The notes under the pieces were generated by a model. It was not told the DNA's origin. It was given only the letters and a program-made list of their open reading frames with translations, and did not search any database. A program made the position numbers and the translations under genes. A stretch of DNA of 63,837 bases, the filler included, from Phoronis australis (taxonomy: Eukaryota > Animalia > Phoronida), in the NCBI GenBank assembly GCA_002633005.1. It is 8 parts of 8 records of this genome, joined end to end, with 100 filler letters (N's around TTAATTAATTAA, not from the genome) between each part and the next. Parts side by side here need not be neighbours in the genome. Positions count along the whole stretch, not along the records: positions 62,790 to 63,837 come from NMRA01003947.1; 7 more parts are not named here. One strand, given 5' to 3'. Of the stretch, positions 62,790-63,837 are shown piece by piece (position 1 is the first letter of the stretch; the number at the start of each line of letters is the position of its first letter).

Positions 62790-63390
62790 GTTGGAGCAAA
62801 ACAAACAGGTTCGGGGGGCTTTACTCTTTATTTACATATGTTGCGGTAGTAGGAGGCGTGAATTTGACGAGAATTTCTCTTTAAGCAACTGCTTACTACT
62901 GTCATGTTTCAAAACTGATAAGTAGTGTTCATGAGCATAAATAAAAATCTTGATGTTACTGTCCAGTTCTAAAAGGGCGTCTTTCACTAGATGAAGATTA
63001 TCAGAGCTCCTCATTAAATGCTTAAGCTTGTTTGTAAGTTTAGTCACTGAGGCATGTGTCGTAGCCTGGCGTGTCTTCGCTTGTTTACATGAAGATGTTG
63101 TCACTATACTAATATCGCTACCTAGCGGCAACTTGTCATTGATAGCTGGTCCCTCAGCTACTGACGTCATGATAACCGTTGAACACTGCCAGTTTACTGG
63201 AACTTCACAAGACACTATAAAAATGACTCACAGTAGCACTCATACACATCGAGTCCATTCATGTCGCAGTCCATTCAGTGGAACAGCAGGCCATTGGCTT
63301 TACAAATGTTGGAGCAAAACAAACAGGTTCGGGGGGCTTTACTCTTTATTTTATAGAGCGGTACCAGAATAAATAGTCAGAGAGAGCGAC
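62790..63390 (-). mobile_element. LTR retrotransposon remnant (BEL/Pao-like gag N-terminus plus LTR end), tentative
   Basis: 43-bp direct repeat at 62790 and 63308 carries minus-strand AATAAA and an ...AACA end; ORF 62832-63215 has helical VTKLTNKLKHLM...AHEHY, resembling BEL gag N-termini. Confidence 0.45.
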
Positions 63391-63837
63391 ATCTGGCGCA
63401 AGAACTACACTGAAGAAAGTCTTCTTACATTGCGGGAAGCAAGTGTATTCGTACGCCTAATCGGAATAACACAACGTAACATAACATTGCAGTCTGCAGT
63501 AACAAGCGTAATATGCTAAAACGCCAATGTTACAAGGAATTTGTCAGCAACAGAACGCAGTCCACCGAAGTAATTCATCTTCAACCGTGTTGAATCACAG
63601 TGCAATATTAAACTGAGCTAAGAACTACGCTTTAACTAAAGACGCTTGTAGTTCGGAGCTCCTATTCTTTACCGTACGCTAATAACCGTATATCAGAGCG
63701 CAGTGTTCAGTAGTTTCTTGATATTGCCCGTTAGGGTCCTGCCACGTCAAGTTAGCCTCAGTTTGGGAATGGATGGAAACGTCAAGATAAGCCAAACAAA
63801 TGCGTGGGTTGCGACTCACCATGCAATCGGGTTCACA

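Overview
AT-rich, intron-rich animal DNA. An invertebrate deuterostome is likely, but that is inferred from protein similarity only. The window is not one locus: seven identical 100-nt spacers (44N-TTAATTAATTAA-44N) split it into eight apparently unrelated contigs. Four spliced genes can be rebuilt with GT-AG junctions and consistent phases: (1) a complete 615-aa BTB-BACK-Kelch gene (- strand, 3026-8156); (2) the first six coding exons of CFAP20DC/C3orf67 (+, 25798-31739); (3) two laminin-EGF exons of usherin/USH2A (-, 38083-40306), matching human exons 12 and 13; (4) the first 11 coding exons of UBR4 (+, 45990-55692). There is also an isolated ankyrin-repeat exon and a candidate gene diverging from the Kelch gene. 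The most notable non-genic element is an intact 537-bp miniature LTR retroelement (TRIM) in a CFAP20DC intron. Its LTRs carry a tRNA-like Pol III promoter, and it has a tRNA-Ser PBS, a PPT and a near 4-bp TSD (Helenus/TRIMp3-like). Also present: minisatellites built from real splice donor (CFAP20DC) and acceptor (UBR4) junctions, two Helentron-type non-autonomous families, a CAGGG-ended MITE with a 6-bp TSD, perfect palindromes, and side-by-side allelic duplicates at single-N joins. Homology calls come from recalled sequences; no database search was run.
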